Assembly: GCA_902523615.1 (NCBI GenBank)
Contig: CABYZW010000003.1
Coordinates: 14,336 to 78,335, forward strand
Reading direction: 5' to 3'
From: an uncultured Pelagibacteraceae bacterium
GTDB taxonomy: Bacteria; Pseudomonadota; Alphaproteobacteria; Pelagibacterales; Pelagibacteraceae
Length of the DNA: 64,000 nucleotides
The translations under genes and the position numbers were made by a program. Under the pieces are notes generated by a model that was not told the origin of the DNA, ran no database searches, and saw nothing but the letters and a program-made list of their open reading frames with translations. Shown one piece after another: positions 63,121 to 64,000 of this stretch. Within the stretch, counting starts at the first letter, position 1. Each line of letters opens with the position of its first letter.

Positions 63121-63302
63121 TTAAGGGGCAACTCTTAACTGGCCGATTGGAGAAAAGCCGAGAGGTACAATTCCAAGGGGCAGAAAGCTCTACAAAGCAT
63201 CGCTGAACATGTAGAGCGGGTGACGTGGCGGTAGCTGATCAACGACGCGTCAAAACAACTGTTCTTTGCACCCATAAAAGTGCAAGGAAACAGTGGTTTT
63301 TT
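63121..63302 (+). ncRNA. ~180-nt structured non-coding RNA upstream of MGMT (candidate abundant SAR11 sRNA, IMES-2-like)
   Basis: GC-enriched patch with five stems, two GNRA tetraloops (GCAA, GAGA), a possible loop-loop pseudoknot and a terminal hairpin with U tract. Confidence 0.75.
63252..63302 (+). terminator. intrinsic terminator-like hairpin ending the RNA
   Basis: ACTGTT-CTTTGCAC / GTGCAAGG-A-AACAGT stem followed by GG-TTTTTT. Confidence 0.6.
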
Positions 63303-63584
63303 ATGCAAATGATGCTTAGAGGAACTAAATTTCAATTAAAAGTCTGGAAATACATTAAAACTATACCAAAAGGTAAGGTAAAAACATATAAGCAGGTAGC
63401 TATTGGCATAAAAAGCCCTAAATCAGCTCGTGCTGTTGCTAATGCTTGTGCAAAAAACCCGTATGCTCCAAAAATACCCTGTCATAGAGTGATTAGATCT
63501 GATGGAGATCTTGGAGGTTACTCTGGGAAAGGTGGAATTAATCAAAAGCTCAAATTACTTAGATCAGAAAAGGTAGTGATTTAG
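63303..63584 (+). CDS. ogt: methylated-DNA--protein-cysteine methyltransferase (MGMT/Ogt C-terminal domain only)
   Basis: GTKFQ.KVW..IPKG...TY..A..ARAVANA..N..IPCHRVI with catalytic Cys; start among the ATGs at 63303/63309/63312. Confidence 0.9.
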   Translation: MQMMLRGTKFQLKVWKYIKTIPKGKVKTYKQVAIGIKSPKSARAVANACAKNPYAPKIPCHRVIRSDGDLGGYSGKGGINQKLKLLRSEKVVI

Positions 63585-63868
63585 ATCAATTTTAGCTCTT
63601 TTTTGATTAAAAAATTCAGTAAGATCAACGTTTTTCAATTTTTTTACCTGATTTCTTAAAAAATAGTAAAGTTCTCCCTCAAGTTGTACCATTTATGAGG
63701 CTAAACTTAAAATTGACCCCTCTATGGCCTTTTAAATGGTATATTCAATTTGTGCATCTCTCTTCTAATCAACTATATCAGCACTTTTAAACAAACCTAT
63801 TTTTCAATTAATTTAATACTTGGTATGGTTAAAAAGCCAGATTTTATTGAATTTTTAATGATATTCAT
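63581..63868 (-). pseudogene. possible decayed methyltransferase remnant
   Basis: minus-strand fragments MNIIKNSIKSG.., GLFKSADIVD*KRDAQIEYTI*KAIEGSIL, then after a frameshift FSLINGTT; several stops; resemblance judged by eye only. Confidence 0.3.
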
Positions 63869-64000
63869 TATTCAACAAAAATCAAAAATTATTAAAGCAA
63901 ATATATTAATTCATTTTATAAAATAGTGTTAATTTTAATATATGTAATATTAAAAAATGCTATAAAAACAATGCTTTAATGTATATACTTAATATAATAC

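Noticed and set aside
63121-63302. tmRNA, RNase P RNA, 6S or SRP RNA as the identity of the structured RNA
   Set aside because: I could see no tRNA-like T-arm/CCA or tag reading frame, no RNase P GAGGAAAGUCC core, and no single long rod or SRP loop. A covariance search is still needed.
63135-63335. 66-aa minus-strand ORF and the GTG-started N-terminal extension of ogt (63225-63302)
   Set aside because: Both overlap the structured RNA and have atypical composition; MGMT similarity begins only at about 63312.
1-64000. CRISPR array, IS elements, rRNA genes
   Set aside because: No regularly spaced repeats, transposase ORFs or rRNA-like sequence were seen.

Overview
Very AT-rich, gene-dense alphaproteobacterial chromosome segment. 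Gene content, gene order, tiny or overlapping intergenic spacers and SAM-II/SAM-V riboswitches point to Pelagibacteraceae (SAR11); this is an inference, since no database search was run. Positions 1-57.7 kb are core genome: end of the alpha ribosomal operon, topA/pyr, gatCAB, soxBDAG, slt/dapA/smpB, spoT-recO, glyA-nrdR-rib-nusB-thiL, hppA, plsX-ihfA, metY, rplM-rpsI, argC, hom, tRNA-Ser(GCT) and tRNA-Glu(TTC). The last 6.3 kb is the most interesting part. After a GIY-YIG gene and three glycosyltransferases comes a Cre/Xer-like tyrosine recombinase (61866-62771, minus strand). Just upstream of its start codon lies a perfect 11-7-11 palindrome (ATTTCCGATAA-CCATTAA-TTATCGGAAAT, 62776-62804) resembling lox/dif sites, overlapping a perfect TTGACA-N17-TATAAT promoter for the recombinase. 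This is a candidate self-contained, autoregulated single-recombinase/site module. Next are a ~180-nt highly structured RNA upstream of an MGMT gene and a probable decayed methyltransferase remnant.
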